Counted from the first letter of the whole stretch, positions 10,312-23,430 are shown. The stretch: 63,784 nt of DNA, filler included, from Rhabdomonas costata (GCA_019059605.1; 56 parts of 56 records of this genome joined end to end with filler, not necessarily neighbours in it), one strand, 5' to 3'. A program made the numbers and translations. Notes: a model not told the origin generated them from the sequence alone.

Positions 10312-11139
10312 GTTCTTGACCTGCAGTGGCACCCGCGGGATCGGTTCACTCTACTGACCTCGGGGATGAGCGACAAGACGGTGTCCATGGTTCAGATGGG
10401 GCAGGTATTGGAGGTGGGGCGATTTCACGAGCTGTGCTGTCCCTGTCCCTCTTCTGTGCTATCCTTGCACAAATTTCCGCTGTATTCGCAGCCCCCTTCT
10501 TTTATGTAAATGGCTCCACAGCCGCGATGGTTTCATGGGTGTTTGCTCGACGTTGGGCCCTGCAGGGGCTGGTGGAATTTGCATCATAACTGCCCACGCA
10601 GTCGCACTCGCACTCGCACTTGCAGTCCCAGTCCCAGTCCCAGTCCCAGTCCCAGTCGTAGTCCCAGTCGCAGTCGCAGTCGCAGAACGGGAGTGCGAGT
10701 GTTTGCTGTGTGCTGTGCAGAACAAAGAAACGTTAAGGTGGACCCTGGACTCTCAGCCCTACTGTCTGTCGTGGCATCCTCACCAGGAGAACCTGTTTCT
10801 GGTGTGTGCGTTAGCGTGGGTGGGTGAAGGCTGGGAGTTGTTGTACAATGCTCTTTTGTTCGTTTGGGATATGGTGGAAGTTACCTGCGGAGTCTGAGTG
10901 GTGAGGTCGCATGTGGGCATCGGCCGCCTTGGTGCGCGTACGTTGACCTGCTGCGGTAGAAGCGCTGCAGCAGATACCTGCATCTGGTTCATCACCCAGA
11001 GTCATGTTCCTCGGGCGGTGTTTTCCTCGGCTTGATCTCGTCAGTGCCCACTCCCTTGTCTGTTAGGTGGGAACCAGCACAGGGGAGGTGCACGCCTATG
11101 AGAAGCGAATGAATGCCGATCCTGTGTTCAGCTTTGAAG
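10312..11139 (+). CDS. PWP1: Periodic tryptophan protein 1-like WD40 protein, 3 exons
   Basis: Exons 10312-10404, 10721-10801, 11067-11139 splice in frame (GT-AG) to VLDLQWHPRDRFTLLTSGMSDKTVSMVQMGQNKETLRWTLDSQPYCLSWHPHQENLFLVGTSTGEVHAYEKRMNADPVFSFE, colinear with PWP1 repeats. Confidence 0.75.
10597..10685. repeat. Intronic hexamer microsatellite (GCACTC/CCAGTC/GCAGTC)
   Basis: Direct read; explains the ALALAVPVPVP and ATATGTGT ORFs. Confidence 0.95.
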
Positions 11140-11409
11140 GTATTGCTCCGCTTCCTGCTCTCGTCCTTGATTGTATGCCCCTCTTGGCTGGAAATATTGC
11201 TCCTGGGATTGTCTTATAGACTTAGCTTGCTCCTTACTACTGCTCTTTAAGCCACCTTAGCCAATTTAAGTTCATTTAGTTATCCTCATCCGGGACATTC
11301 CCACCACCCNNNNNNNNNNNNNNNNNNNNNNNNNNNNNNNNNNNNNNNNNNNNTTAATTAATTAANNNNNNNNNNNNNNNNNNNNNNNNNNNNNNNNNNN
11401 NNNNNNNNN

Positions 11410-12171
11410 ATTGAACCTCCACTTGCAGTTGCTGGCGAAGACTTACACATGTCTCCCGAGAAGCCCAAAGCTGCAGCTCCAACTCCTTACAACGTTTCTG
11501 AAAATCCTCCAGCGACTGCCGCAAACTGTCAACAACTCCTTCCCTCACCCATTCGGCAGCCGGAGGATTGTCAACAGCCCCAGCCTCAGCAGTGCACCCG
11601 ACAGAGAGAACACTGGTGGCTGGGAAGCTAATGCAATGAAACAAATCAGCAGAAGAACCCTCCCGACAGCTCCGGCTGGGTAAGCAGGAAAGCAAATCTT
11701 CAGCCTCGAGGCGATCAGCGACGGCCACATCCATTCTTCCACGAACTACCACAACAGAGAAACAAAAAGACTTCCCAGACAATTCTGCGACCCCAATCTT
11801 TTCCACCCTAAATAGCGGTATCAGAAAGTGGCATAAACTCGTATTGGCTGTGGAGCGATGCCACCATCGGTCTTCATCGGGGATTTCCCAGTATTTTTGC
11901 ACGAACCAGCTGAGAAGGATCTCTGGTGAGGGGTGATCGTGAGTAAGAGTCCGCTTGGCAAGGCTGGAGATGTAATACCTGCCACCCCACAAAAAAAGGC
12001 AAGAAGGCTGAAAGAAGAATGACTCCTAAAATCCAAAGAATTACCCCCGGAATCGTCAAATGAGAAAAGACAACGAGCACCAACAGCGAAAGGTTTGCAG
12101 GCACCTCTGAGAACAGGGACATCTCAGGACAGCGAGCAGATCAATGAGATTCTTTTCCGTCCAGATATTTC
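11410..12171 (-). CDS. Multi-exon fragment, unknown protein with coiled-coil segment
   Basis: ...NIWTEKNLIDLLAVLRCPCSQR joins via gt..cag (exon start 11978) to YYISSLAKRTL...; downstream DSLRQSLEDFQKRCKELELQL heptads. Outer boundaries approximate. Confidence 0.4.
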
Positions 12172-12593
12172 TCTGGTGGATTCTCAAAGTGAAATTTCTG
12201 GATTTTTTTTGATGAAGTCGAAAAACCATTATAACTAATGCCCAGAATGCATCCCGTCCTCATGCGTGTTGACCATTCCTCCAACATTCCGACTTCACCT
12301 TTTCCTTAGGTTTTGTGTTCTTAGTTTTTCTGGGTTCAGTTTTCCTCTTCCCTTCTGTACAGTATTTGTTCTTGATATTGCACCAGAATCAAAAGAAATT
12401 CTGCAATACAACAGAGAAAACCACTGCAGTAGGGAAAATAGTCCATGTGTNNNNNNNNNNNNNNNNNNNNNNNNNNNNNNNNNNNNNNNNNNNNTTAATT
12501 AATTAANNNNNNNNNNNNNNNNNNNNNNNNNNNNNNNNNNNNNNNNNNNNGGTGTGGTGGGTTCTCTGGTCACTGTTCTTGGGTGAGCGGCCG

Positions 12594-13501
12594 ATGCAAG
12601 AGTGGGATGAGCTACTGGGATTCCTGACGAACCCGAAGCCTGAGGTCAGGAAGATTGCCGTTCAGAATGTTGTAGGCATGACCTGTTACCTTCTTGACCT
12701 GCTCCCGTCTTTTCTTGTCTTGTATCTTTTGTTTTGAGACCACGTTGCACGTATGCAAACTTCGCAAAGGACGTCGTGTTTCTTCGCCATGTTTGGCAAG
12801 GCTCGAATTCGCTTTGTGTCTGTCGACGAAGCACAGTATTTCTCCACACTTCAAAGAGCTTGACTTTGAACGTCGCGCCCGCTCCAATTCCATCATTTTC
12901 TTTGGAAAACCTGCTATCTTCTTTTGAGGTGATCCTCATTTGGGATTCAGGGGAAATCAGGACCAGAATTCCGGGTATGTACTGTATGAACCCTACTGTT
13001 TATCACCATTGAATCAACATGAAAGGCTGATGAGGGTGGGCGTCTCATCGCAGCGTACACGCGCAGCGAGGAGCACGTGCGGCATCTGGTGACCAAGAGG
13101 CCCGACACAGTCCGGCAGCTGTGTAACCTGTTGGGCGATGAGCTCTCCATTGCTGGTCTGTGAACTCGTGCTGGATGAAATGTGCCTTTTTCGCCGTTTT
13201 CTGCTTTCTGGATCAGGAACTGCCCGAATCGGATGAAAAAAAGGTGAACATGGTGTTATCTGTTTATCTTATTGTGACCTGTTTTGTTTGTATTCCCCAA
13301 GAAAGCTGAGCAAAGGAAACCTTGTAACCGAAAATGATTTCATAAGTTGTCCAGTTCACTTTCAGCTGTGTGCTGCGTGTGCTGCACAACTTGTGCTGCA
13401 ATGGATGCTTAGGGGATGCCTGCCTTTGCCTGATTAACCTGTGCAGCGAGGCCGCTCTGGTGGAGCAAATGCTGCACTGCGGGGTGATCCGGTCGATTAT
13501 G
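12594..13501 (+). CDS. HGH1: HGH1 homolog (eEF2 chaperone), first 3 exons
   Basis: Exons 12594-12675, 13054-13155, 13413-13501 give MQEWDELLGFLTNPKPEVRKIAVQNVVAYTRSEEHVRHL...GDACLCLINLCSEAALVEQMLHCGVIRSIM, matching HGH1 N-terminal ELxxFL..P.P.VR..A and LxNL motifs. Confidence 0.85.
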
Positions 13502-13901
13502 GTGTCATGCATTCCTTGTTTTCATTCTTGCTTTGTCTTTTTTTTCACGGCAGCAGGGCGGCTTCACCGCAACGGTGCCGTGAAAAAAAACNNNNNNNNN
13601 NNNNNNNNNNNNNNNNNNNNNNNNNNNNNNNNNNNTTAATTAATTAANNNNNNNNNNNNNNNNNNNNNNNNNNNNNNNNNNNNNNNNNNNNTGTGTGGTT
13701 GGTGGTCCATAACGCCACAGGAATAGAGGCGAGCCCACGTCGTCTCAAAGCATTACATTTCAGCGGGTTTGGGTAAGGGAGTTTTCGAATATTTGAAGGT
13801 GTGTTTTGCAAGCGCGGATTTTTACAGTTAAGGAAGGGTACCGGTCCCCTGTCGGAATCAGCAGGTAAGCTGAATTAGGAGAAGAAGTCTCGCAGGCTTA
13901 C

Positions 13902-14459
13902 CTCCAGCCGAAGGTATGGAATGGTGGCCAGTGCCTCCGGGGGGTTTTCGGCGTCCTGGCGGGCCTTAAGCGCTGAGGCGAACTTCGCGTAGCGGCCAAG
14001 CTCTTCCTAATAAAAGGTGAAGCACATCACCCCGCAATGATGAGATCGGTTTTAGCGCAGAGAGCGAAGGAAAGAAACAGGATTAAACAGTTGACGAGCT
14101 TCCATAACTGTGCAACGTTAGCTGAGTGCTGGTGTCTTCAGCACTGAGGCTTGGTCGAGCGACTAACCGAGAAGCCGCTCGACAAGATCCACAAAAAGAG
14201 ATGGGGGACTGAATACCTCACCTAACGTAGCGCGGTGGGCCTCCAAAGCGGTGGCCGCCGCGCGCTGGGTCTCGGCGCCCAGCGAGGGGTCGGGCTCACT
14301 CAGAAGGGTCACTCGGTGGGGGTTGTCCAGGAAGAGACGCTTCAGGGCAGACTGGAACAGCGTGGGATCACTGGCCACCTTGGCCTTGACCCGCTCCAAG
14401 GGAGCCTCGTACTGCATCGGCTTGATCGGGTCGTGCCCATAGCTGAGATACATGAAGGT
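13902..14459 (-). CDS. Presequence protease (M16C, PreP/Cym1/PITRM1-like), 2 exons
   Basis: Exons 14459-14217 and 14006-13902: YGHDPIKPMQYEAPL...FLDNPHRVTLLSEPDPSL...LKARQDAENPPEALATIPYLRLE; NPHRV and PEALATIP motifs. Confidence 0.9.
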
Positions 14460-14877
14460 CTACCGAGAGACTATCCCTTCCTCTCACCTCCACAGTTCAG
14501 CAAAGACAACAAGTCACTTCTTAATCGACGTGTTCAGGAGCTTCCGGATTATCACGCTAAACGAGAATTGAAGTCAGATTAACATAAGGTGTGGATTTCA
14601 CTCGGTTTCGTTACAATCAGAGCGAGACTTCACATTGGGACACTGAATGGACCTTTCAAAGGCTGCTGTCATGGGCGCGCATTATACCGAAATATCCGAA
14701 TGTGAAGTCTCGCTCTGATTGTAACAAACCACNNNNNNNNNNNNNNNNNNNNNNNNNNNNNNNNNNNNNNNNNNNNTTAATTAATTAANNNNNNNNNNNN
14801 NNNNNNNNNNNNNNNNNNNNNNNNNNNNNNNNGTGTGTGGGTCGCCTGCGAGGGCCGCAGCACAAGCAGCCCAGCGC

Positions 14878-15261
14878 ACCACCGTCCGACGTTCTCCCGC
14901 TGTGGAGCGCTGGGCTGCTTGTGCTGCGGCCCTCGCAGGCGACCTACGCCGACATGCTGGCCCGGCTGGATGAGTTCCCGGCGTTGCAGAACACCTTCTT
15001 TGAGATGGGGTGGCTGAACCGCTACTTCCCGGTCAGCCGGGTTGCCCGGCTGCCGTACTGGACACACGTGGTGAAGGTGCCCACGGGGGGCTCCCGCCGG
15101 AACAGGCTGCTGACCGTGGACCTGCCTTTCGTGTGGTATGCTTGTTTGTGTTTGTGGATGTGTACGCGCGGTGTTTCAGTCGATTGTCATGCCCCTTTGT
15201 GGTAGGCTGATGTGTTCACCTCGCAGCTGGAGCTGCGGGACTTTTTCTTTGGTTGGCACAG
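14878..15261 (+). CDS. Glycosyltransferase family 8-like fragment, 2 exons
   Basis: WSAGLLVLRPSQATYADMLARLDEFPALQNTFFEMGWLNRYF...RLPYW (to 15076) resembles GT8 NAGVLVxxPS...EQxxLNxxF...LP; next exon 15206 to about 15261. Confidence 0.7.
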
Positions 15262-18200
15262 GCGGGTAGTGGGACAAATTGGTATAGATGCAGAGGCTAT
15301 CGCCAAAGCGAAGTGCCGACGTTGGGTGTTGCCTGGGTTGGTGCCGTGCTGCCTTTGCATTCCACTGAATATACATTCAAAGGAGTATTGTGTCAGTGCT
15401 CGCTAGACACGTACATATTTCCGGTTAAGGAAGGTTGGGGTGCCTTTGCGGTGGTGCATAGTCCGAAAAATGCAAATAATTACGAAAAAATTTCGAATGC
15501 AACTTTTCCGGGAAAGGTAATACGAAAATATGCATCCCTTTGCAAAGCCCCCGTGGACCAAAATACCCATCACATGCTGTTTGTGTGGTTATTCGTGAAG
15601 GCTTTCAGATTTTCGGGTGGTAACCATCCCCCCCCCCCCGCACCAAGGGTTCGGACCAAGGGTTGTTTGTGCCATGGGTATGTTATAGGGGTTGTTGTGT
15701 GCATTTATTGGCGCAGGTGCGTTGGGGTGGAGTGGGGACGGATGAGTTCGGATGCAAAGCTTCTTCTTCGCATGATCTGAAGTCCCTCTCTCAGCACCCA
15801 AGATAAAAGGACAGAAGGTTCCTCCAAACGGGTCCCTCAGCTCGGTCCAAGAGTTGATGTCTGCTGCTTCTTCNNNNNNNNNNNNNNNNNNNNNNNNNNN
15901 NNNNNNNNNNNNNNNNNTTAATTAATTAANNNNNNNNNNNNNNNNNNNNNNNNNNNNNNNNNNNNNNNNNNNNGGTTTTATTGACCATAAAAAGTGCATT
16001 TTAATATCGAGCTTTGTCATATATTTAAATAAAGACAACAATCTGATACCGGGTTGACGTAGGGTATATCGCCATAAGCATGTCCTTGGTTTCCGTTCCC
16101 ATATAAAAGCATTGCTGGAGAAAGAAACAGCCGAGAGAGGTCATACTTGTAATCGACGTGTTCTGGAAGGCAAACACAAGCGGTCTGGACCCGGTGATGA
16201 CCACTCCGGTGTCACTGTCCACCAAAAGTACCCCTGAGCTGCGCGCCGTGGAGTCCTGAGGGCAGTAAGGGAGTGCAGCCCGGAGGTTGGTGGTTCTGGT
16301 GCAGTTTACAACGTTAATCGTTCGCAACTGCAGAGGAGGTGTTCATGAGGACCCCCCCCCCCAACAAAACACTTTCCGCACAGGGACAAACTTTGCGACA
16401 TCTCCAGACAGCAAACCAGCAAGGAGCGAGGGGAGACCCAAATTTGTGAGAAGAACAATACCCTGAACCCGTGGGTTAATAAATATCAATCGTCTTTCAT
16501 CCATCGTGTTGACCGCTTAACACTTTAAGGTTCAACCGAAACTGGGGGGGGGGGGCTTCGTAACCGTTATCAGCAGTAACGATTTTTCCATTTTTACAGG
16601 CCACCTTCGCGCCTCCAGTGCGCCCTTGAATGAATACTGCCCCACTCGTCCGCCCAAATCCGAGCATAAGACCAGCCCAAAGTCAGCATCAGATTTGCCG
16701 TGGAAACCAAGAGAAACCACGAAGAAAACGCTGGCACAGTTGACTCACCGCAATTACACCAATATAAAATCACTTTGAAAAGCTAGCATCAGTCACCTAA
16801 AAAAAATCTTGCCAGGTAGAAATAACACTTTTTGATCATTTTTCTAATACCGTTGGTAACTGTAACCAGTTTAAACCGTCGCCACTCCCTCTCCCCAACG
16901 TCAATCGGCCAACTTTAACGTCACTACGCATTTATTTCATTTTCTTTCATTTTTAAGAACGCAGAATTTCGCCCGACAGACAGATATATTGGGATGCAAT
17001 GAACCCACACCACNNNNNNNNNNNNNNNNNNNNNNNNNNNNNNNNNNNNNNNNNNNNTTAATTAATTAANNNNNNNNNNNNNNNNNNNNNNNNNNNNNNN
17101 NNNNNNNNNNNNNGGTGGTGGGTCAAGAGGTAAGGTTAAGTTGAGTTTTTATGGGCTTTGCGTGTGCAATTTCGACATCTGGATTACTCTTTCCCTCCTG
17201 ACGATGATTACCCGCAAAGCGGTACTTGGAGCTTCGCGGGTTTTGTTGTGGATTGCTTTTGCCTTGGAAAGTGGTGTTAACGCTAATAAAGCGTCGCCAA
17301 TGGAGACTCACAAAAGTGCTTGATTAGAAACAGGTGAAATAAACATTGGTTTTGGAATCCTGGAAGCCTGTTCTTCCTGTGTGCTTGGTAGCCTGGAGGG
17401 CAATATGGGGATGGCGGTGCGCCTGATAGTCTCTGTGGACATTGCGCACGACACCTTGCCGGCTTCATGTGTGATCCAGTCACTTTTTTTGATTAGGCCC
17501 CACGCCCGCTTGTCCATGGCACCGTGTCCGTTCGCTCCCCGTATCCGTCTGCCATCCCTCCTGGCCGCATTCGTGGTGGTAACGTATCAACCAATTGGCT
17601 TTTGAAAGCTCCGGCCTGGCCTCTTGCGAATGACGCCGCGTGGTGACACAACTTGGCCGTAGGTCCGCGCACCAGGCGCCCTACTGAAACTTGAAGTGCA
17701 CGACCTCCCCCGGACGACGGGAGGTCAAGAAACTGAAGGTGGGCACAAAAACGAAAAAAAAAAGCCTTCAACACGAAGACGCCTTTCGCAGGGCCAAACG
17801 TTCGGAATGAAAGCCCACGCCGACGGCGCATCGAAGCATGAATCAAATCGCCCCTCCGCGTATTCAAAACCCGTGAAAAAATGGGCAATCCACATGTCTC
17901 AATGCCTTCTGCCTGTGGGGGGAACTTGCGCATGTGAAACGCCGTTCTTTGATCCTGCAAACCCTAGCCTTTGCCACGCCTGCGCCTAACACCTTTCCAA
18001 CTTCAACGCGTTCTTTCGTTCGATTCTGGCGTCTCGGTTTTTGGCTTGCTGGCTCTTTCCTGCTTGCCTGCCCCTTGTTTGTATATACCAATTATTACCA
18101 AAAATTAGGGAGTGCCCGAGAACCGCGCCGCAGACCGACAGCTCCTGTTCTGCCTNNNNNNNNNNNNNNNNNNNNNNNNNNNNNNNNNNNNNNNNNNNNT

Positions 18201-18733
18201 TAATTAATTAANNNNNNNNNNNNNNNNNNNNNNNNNNNNNNNNNNNNNNNNNNNNCTGAGCTGCAGGCCATGGTTAGTGAGAGAGAGTGTGGGTGTGCGG
18301 GTGTGGCTGTGCCTTGGCTTTGCACCTTGCCTATTGTGATGAGTTTTGAGACAGACACCTGTTTTCCTCCTTTGTCACAGGCTTGCTCGCACCCCGATAC
18401 CGCAGGGCCTATGCATCCGTCATCGTTGCCTTCCCGGATCACCCATCAAACAAGTTCCTAATAAGTGGAGGCCATTGGTGGAGAGAACGCTGACTGCACG
18501 CCTATCGCCGCTCTCTCTTTGGGGTGCGACTGTGAAAACACCACCCTCCATCCGCCCGACTGTCGAGTGTCGAATTGCGTTGGGAGGGCCAACACTTACT
18601 GCAAGCGTTTTTGCCCTCTCCTAGCTCTCTCTCTCTCTTTGGATTACGAGAATACCAGAATCCATTCATCTGTCCGTCCGCTCTGAGTTTCAATTGTCGA
18701 ATCTATTTATGTTTATGTTCCCGCCGTGCAAAG

Positions 18734-19285
18734 ATGGGGGTTGAGGAGGAGGGCGCTCTGGAGGACGCCCTGGAGGAGCTTGCTTTTGAGTGGAGGGCCG
18801 CAGAGATGGTGCGGGCGACGAAGGCCCTGCCGTCGCATCTCCGGGTTAGGGTTGTGATGTCCACGCCAACCAAGGTGCCAGTGCATTTTTTGTTAGCTTA
18901 ACTCAACTCAACTCATTTTACCGCTACACACCCGGAGATGGAATTGTCGCGTTGCGGTACCAAGTGTTTTGCAGGTATCAGTCAGCAACCACCCTTTGAG
19001 TATCTCACGCGATAACCTTGATGTTGCATCCGGTAGAATTCACATCGACGCAGCGGTGTGGCTTTTTTTTTCTTGTTTTCCTTTTTGGACGGCCACAGGG
19101 ATGACATGCCTGTGCGGGAAGGGGGGCGAATTGAGTGATTTGAAGCCTTCCGTTCGTGCTCCCCGCTCCCCGCTGGCACACAGGTGACCTTCGCCGCACC
19201 CCACGAGGCCATCGCCGCGCTGCAGGCCCAGGGCTGCACCCCAACGGGACTCGCGATGCACTCCCTGGAAGGGGGCAACCCCGCC
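18734..19285 (+). CDS. Three in-frame exons, unknown protein
   Basis: 18734-18808, 18975-19055, 19184 onward, all phase 0 GT-AG: MGVEEEGALEDALEELAFEWRAAEM-VSVSNHPLSISRDNLDVASGRIHIDAA-VTFAAPHEAIAALQAQG. Confidence 0.55.
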
Positions 19286-19869
19286 CCCACCCACCCNNNN
19301 NNNNNNNNNNNNNNNNNNNNNNNNNNNNNNNNNNNNNNNNTTAATTAATTAANNNNNNNNNNNNNNNNNNNNNNNNNNNNNNNNNNNNNNNNNNNNTTTT
19401 TGGGGGGATTTCCTTCTCCTGTTCCCTTAGGTGTTGTCGCTGCACCCCGAAAACACCTAAGGGAACAGGAGAAGGAAATCCCTCCAAAAATTATTGAAAT
19501 TTCCAACAGCTCCTCCGACAAGTGGGTACATCCGAACAACGCTGCAGAGCAGTCCGAGACCAAAGTCTGCAGGTACAAAATCTGTCGAAGGAAAAAGCGG
19601 CAGGGCATGCATGCCAAAGTAACCGACCACTAATCGACAAAAGCCTTTGACAGCAGCAAGCTCGTCAAAAAATATCTGTTACCAGTAATACAGAAAAAAA
19701 CGAACATTTCCTTCATCTAAAGGAAAAGATAGCAGAGAAGAAAAAATCGCAACCCGGCTGCAGGGGCAACCCGGAGCAGAAATTTGAGGACGAAAGAGAT
19801 ATGTGCAAAACCGACAAACAGTACTGAAATGCCAAAAAAAGCCCATCGACATATGGCAAGGGTACGTGC

Positions 19870-20163
19870 CTTGGTACAGTCTGGGCTGAACTGCACGGAC
19901 CAAACGCAACCCTCGTGTAGTATCCGGAGCACCTCTCGCCCCACGGACCAGTCCCAGACTCTGGCGGTGCAGTCACGAGAGCCTGTCACTGCCCGTGGGC
20001 CATACCCTATGCTGAGGTCTACCGAGGTCACAGGGCCTTCATGGCCCACCAGCAACGCCGCAGCTGTCTTACCCATCAAAGGCCATACCCGAGCATTGCC
20101 ATCCAAAGACGCCGTGGCAACGTGGAGAGGCCCCTTCGCAGGGGAGAAAGCCACACCGCTCAC
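19870..20163 (-). CDS. WD40-repeat protein exon
   Basis: cag|VSGVAFSP...TASLDGNARVW...GHEGPVTSV...TGSRDCTARVWD...HEGCVWSVQFSPDCTK; canonical WD40 repeats. Confidence 0.9.
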
Positions 20164-20754
20164 CTGCGCGGGGATCGGCAAAAGGTGTAGAACAAGCATC
20201 ACAGCAAACCTTCAAAAAGCCTTCAAAAAAAGGCTCGAAAGCAAGAGAAAGAAGGCTCCCGAACTGAACACCGAGGGCCGAGTAGAGTTGCCCGTTAGCA
20301 TTTTCACCCCGGAACCTCCTGCCTGCTCTGCGCTCTTGTCTTTCCCTCTTCATTCCCTCAAGCTTCACATCAGAGAGAGAGAGAGCGTCACGATCGTGTT
20401 GCTAGGCCACGGTGCCCACCTCAAAACCTGCAAACCCNNNNNNNNNNNNNNNNNNNNNNNNNNNNNNNNNNNNNNNNNNNNTTAATTAATTAANNNNNNN
20501 NNNNNNNNNNNNNNNNNNNNNNNNNNNNNNNNNNNNNGGTGTGTTGTCGTCGCATCCTCCTTGGGATAGGGACGACGGCTCGAAACTCGAAACACGGTGC
20601 CTGCTGAGAGAAATGGGGCGGACACCTGGTCCACCCTTGCTTGCCATTCTGATATACTTTTCAGAATATAAGACAATGGTCGGAAAACAGTCTGAGGGGG
20701 TGGTAAAGCCTGAGTAGTGGTGTGACGTATTTTTTTTGGGCGGGGGCTCTTCAG

Positions 20755-21293
20755 CTGTTGCGATGCTCACCACGGAGCAGAAGCAGGCCAGGCTAAAGCA
20801 GGTGAGTTTGCGTTTGTATGCCTCTGCGCATTGCGTTGTGTTTTATTTTTTCGGCTTTGCACCTGACGAGTCCTTCTTTCGCTTTTTCCCTATTTCGGAT
20901 CTTGCCGAGAAGATTAGTGCGATGTGTGAGACTGGTTGCAGGTTTCTTAGAAAGGTTTGGACAGTTTCCACCAGGGAATGCACACTCAGGGAGGCGCTTC
21001 GCCCGTTTTCGGGTGGACGTTTTTGCCTTCGTTTCAGGCTATATCCTCATTCGGTCTTGGAAGGGCAAACAACTCTCAGGGTTAGGGTTGCTCTGCGTCC
21101 TTTTGTTGCCCTTCTATTGGTATTTTTGCTCTCTCCTCTGCTTTCCAGTATGTCTCTCTCTCCTTCCGTCCGGTTCCTGCTCTCCCGTCAGCTTGCTCAA
21201 GACATGCTCCGCGAGTCCTCTGACGAGCTGTGGCACTGCGCCGTGTTTACCTTCTTCTGTGAGGCAAACCTGCACCAGCAGTACCTACTCGAG
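20755..21293 (+). CDS. NUP155: Nucleoporin Nup155/Nup170-like, 2 exons
   Basis: Exons 20755-20801 and 21192-21293: ...LAQDMLRESSDELWHCAVFTFFCEANLHQQYLLE resembles the S-x-DELFH..LY.W....L...LL motif. Confidence 0.6.
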
Positions 21294-23322
21294 GTGGCCC
21301 GAGAACACCCTCCCCGTTCTCTCCACCCGTCACCCGCCGCATGCAAACACGCCACACCCGAGCGTCCAAATCACCCCGCCACCACCACAGCCATGATCGC
21401 CACCTCTATTCAACATTATTCGTTCAATATCCTCCCAACCCACCCAGCAATCCCTCACATCCGTGCGAAACATTTCGCTGATTGCGGGCAGGTCTTCTGT
21501 GCGCAACCATTCCTGATTGCATAGTTAAAAAGCAACCGTAACAAAAAAGTGGTCAAATTCATACCCACACTCACAACCNNNNNNNNNNNNNNNNNNNNNN
21601 NNNNNNNNNNNNNNNNNNNNNNTTAATTAATTAANNNNNNNNNNNNNNNNNNNNNNNNNNNNNNNNNNNNNNNNNNNNGTTGGTTTGTGAAAATGCAGGC
21701 GGCGTCAGCGGCATTTTGGTGCGAGTGTGTAATGGTGATTGTTATTCCCAGCTAAAACGTGTGCGCAAGGCGCCAGATTCTGTGCAGTAGACGAATGAAT
21801 ACATGGCGGACGCGCAGACACTCAGTGTGGAGTGATATGCGGGATTGTAGTCCATGATGACTTAATCAGGCACAAGTGACTGAACTTACGCAGTACAGCT
21901 TTTCGTATACAATCAAAGACACCATACGGATCGTCTTGGTGTTGGATTTTGACACAGATCGGCGCCACAACGGAGGTCAGCATCAGAGAGTGCTAGCTTG
22001 TTGCAATGCGGATGAGATATGGATCGGTGGTGAGTCAACAAATATTGGCGGTAGGGAAAGTGGGTTGAGGAGATGTAAACAATGCCGGATTTTGCATGAG
22101 GACAAATCAATTGAGCAATGGAGGCCAAAGGTAAACTATACAGTAGCGTTCAGAAGATGGGCGGTAGAGCCATCGACCGCCGCCTCCGGAACCTTTTCGA
22201 AGGCTGTGCCCCGGGAAAAACCGGGAGAGACGAAGCATCAGGCAAACGGCAGCCGCAGATGACGCGAACCAAGCAATGTGACCTACCATTCCACCCGGCC
22301 AGTGGGATGCGGCGGCCAGGGCCTCAGGGCAAAATGCCAAAAAGTTCTAACATGACGGGAAAGGAACCCGGCACCCGAGGCAGGAGGCAGTCACCAGAAA
22401 GGTCCCACCAAAAATGCGGTCACCTTTTTTCACGAATACGTGGATTTCCTGGGATTTCCAGCAGGTCAAGCAGGCCGATGCGCAAAAAGCGCCAAAAAAA
22501 ACCAGGGTGGTCGAAAAATGCCGGGTTACAAGCGGATTATGCCTTGTCCTGTTTGTAAAAGCGTTTCTACCAGATGATGCCCGAACTAATGCCCTTTTGT
22601 GCTTCTGTGCTTCCGATATGCCCCTTTTTTCTTCGTCCATAGTTCGTCCAAAGCCGTTGTCGAACCCCGCCGCGCAGAATTACGAACGTGACCTACGCAG
22701 CGGGGTTCGACAACCACAANNNNNNNNNNNNNNNNNNNNNNNNNNNNNNNNNNNNNNNNNNNNTTAATTAATTAANNNNNNNNNNNNNNNNNNNNNNNNN
22801 NNNNNNNNNNNNNNNNNNNTGGGGTGCGCAACAGCACAAGGGAAACATCGGTGGGGTCTGACAAGACGTTGAGCAGATCGGGGGCAGAGGGTGGAGGGTG
22901 AGAGCTGAAAAGCTTCTGTTGCGAGATGCCGAGCTTTGCCGAGCGCAGGTTTTTTTTATGAGATGTGGGTTCTCCATCTTCGCGAGGTCCGAATTTCCTG
23001 AAACCGAACAAGTCTTCCTCTCCCAGTAATAAGCTTTTTTCCTGTTCTGTACCTTTTGCAGGGGCCTTGTGCCTGCCAGCCAAGCGCCATATTTCTGCGA
23101 TGGATGGGTGAAAATCCTTACTTCCTCACCAAACACTGAACGACAGGGGTGTTTTTTTCGAATTTCCACATATGTGAAAACAAGAAGCAAAGGGAACTTA
23201 AGCGTCTTAAGCACAGAAGTCTTGCACACGCCAGGTCGGGTTGTGTCCCCAGCCCACACACAAGCACAGTATAGAGTCAAGTCACCCCGTTCTCCTTCCC
23301 CTTCTCCGGAATTGGCAACTAC

Positions 23323-23430
23323 CTGATCGATGAACGCCGATCGAGCCACCGCCATATCCACCAGTACTTTCTGCTTCAGCTCCCATACATTGCGAAAGAG
23401 CTCCTTGGTTGCGGCAGTCAACGAGCCCAG
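23323..23430 (-). CDS. RRM1: Ribonucleotide reductase class I large subunit exon
   Basis: cag|LGSLTAATKELFRNVWELKQKVLVDMAVARSAFIDQ|gtagtt; KxLYKTVWE..QK...MA..R.AFIDQ motif. Confidence 0.9.

Noticed and set aside
21854-21883. Box C (ATGATGA) and box D (CTGA) snoRNA-like pair
   Set aside because: The boxes are too close, with no second D box, terminal stem or recognisable rRNA guide.
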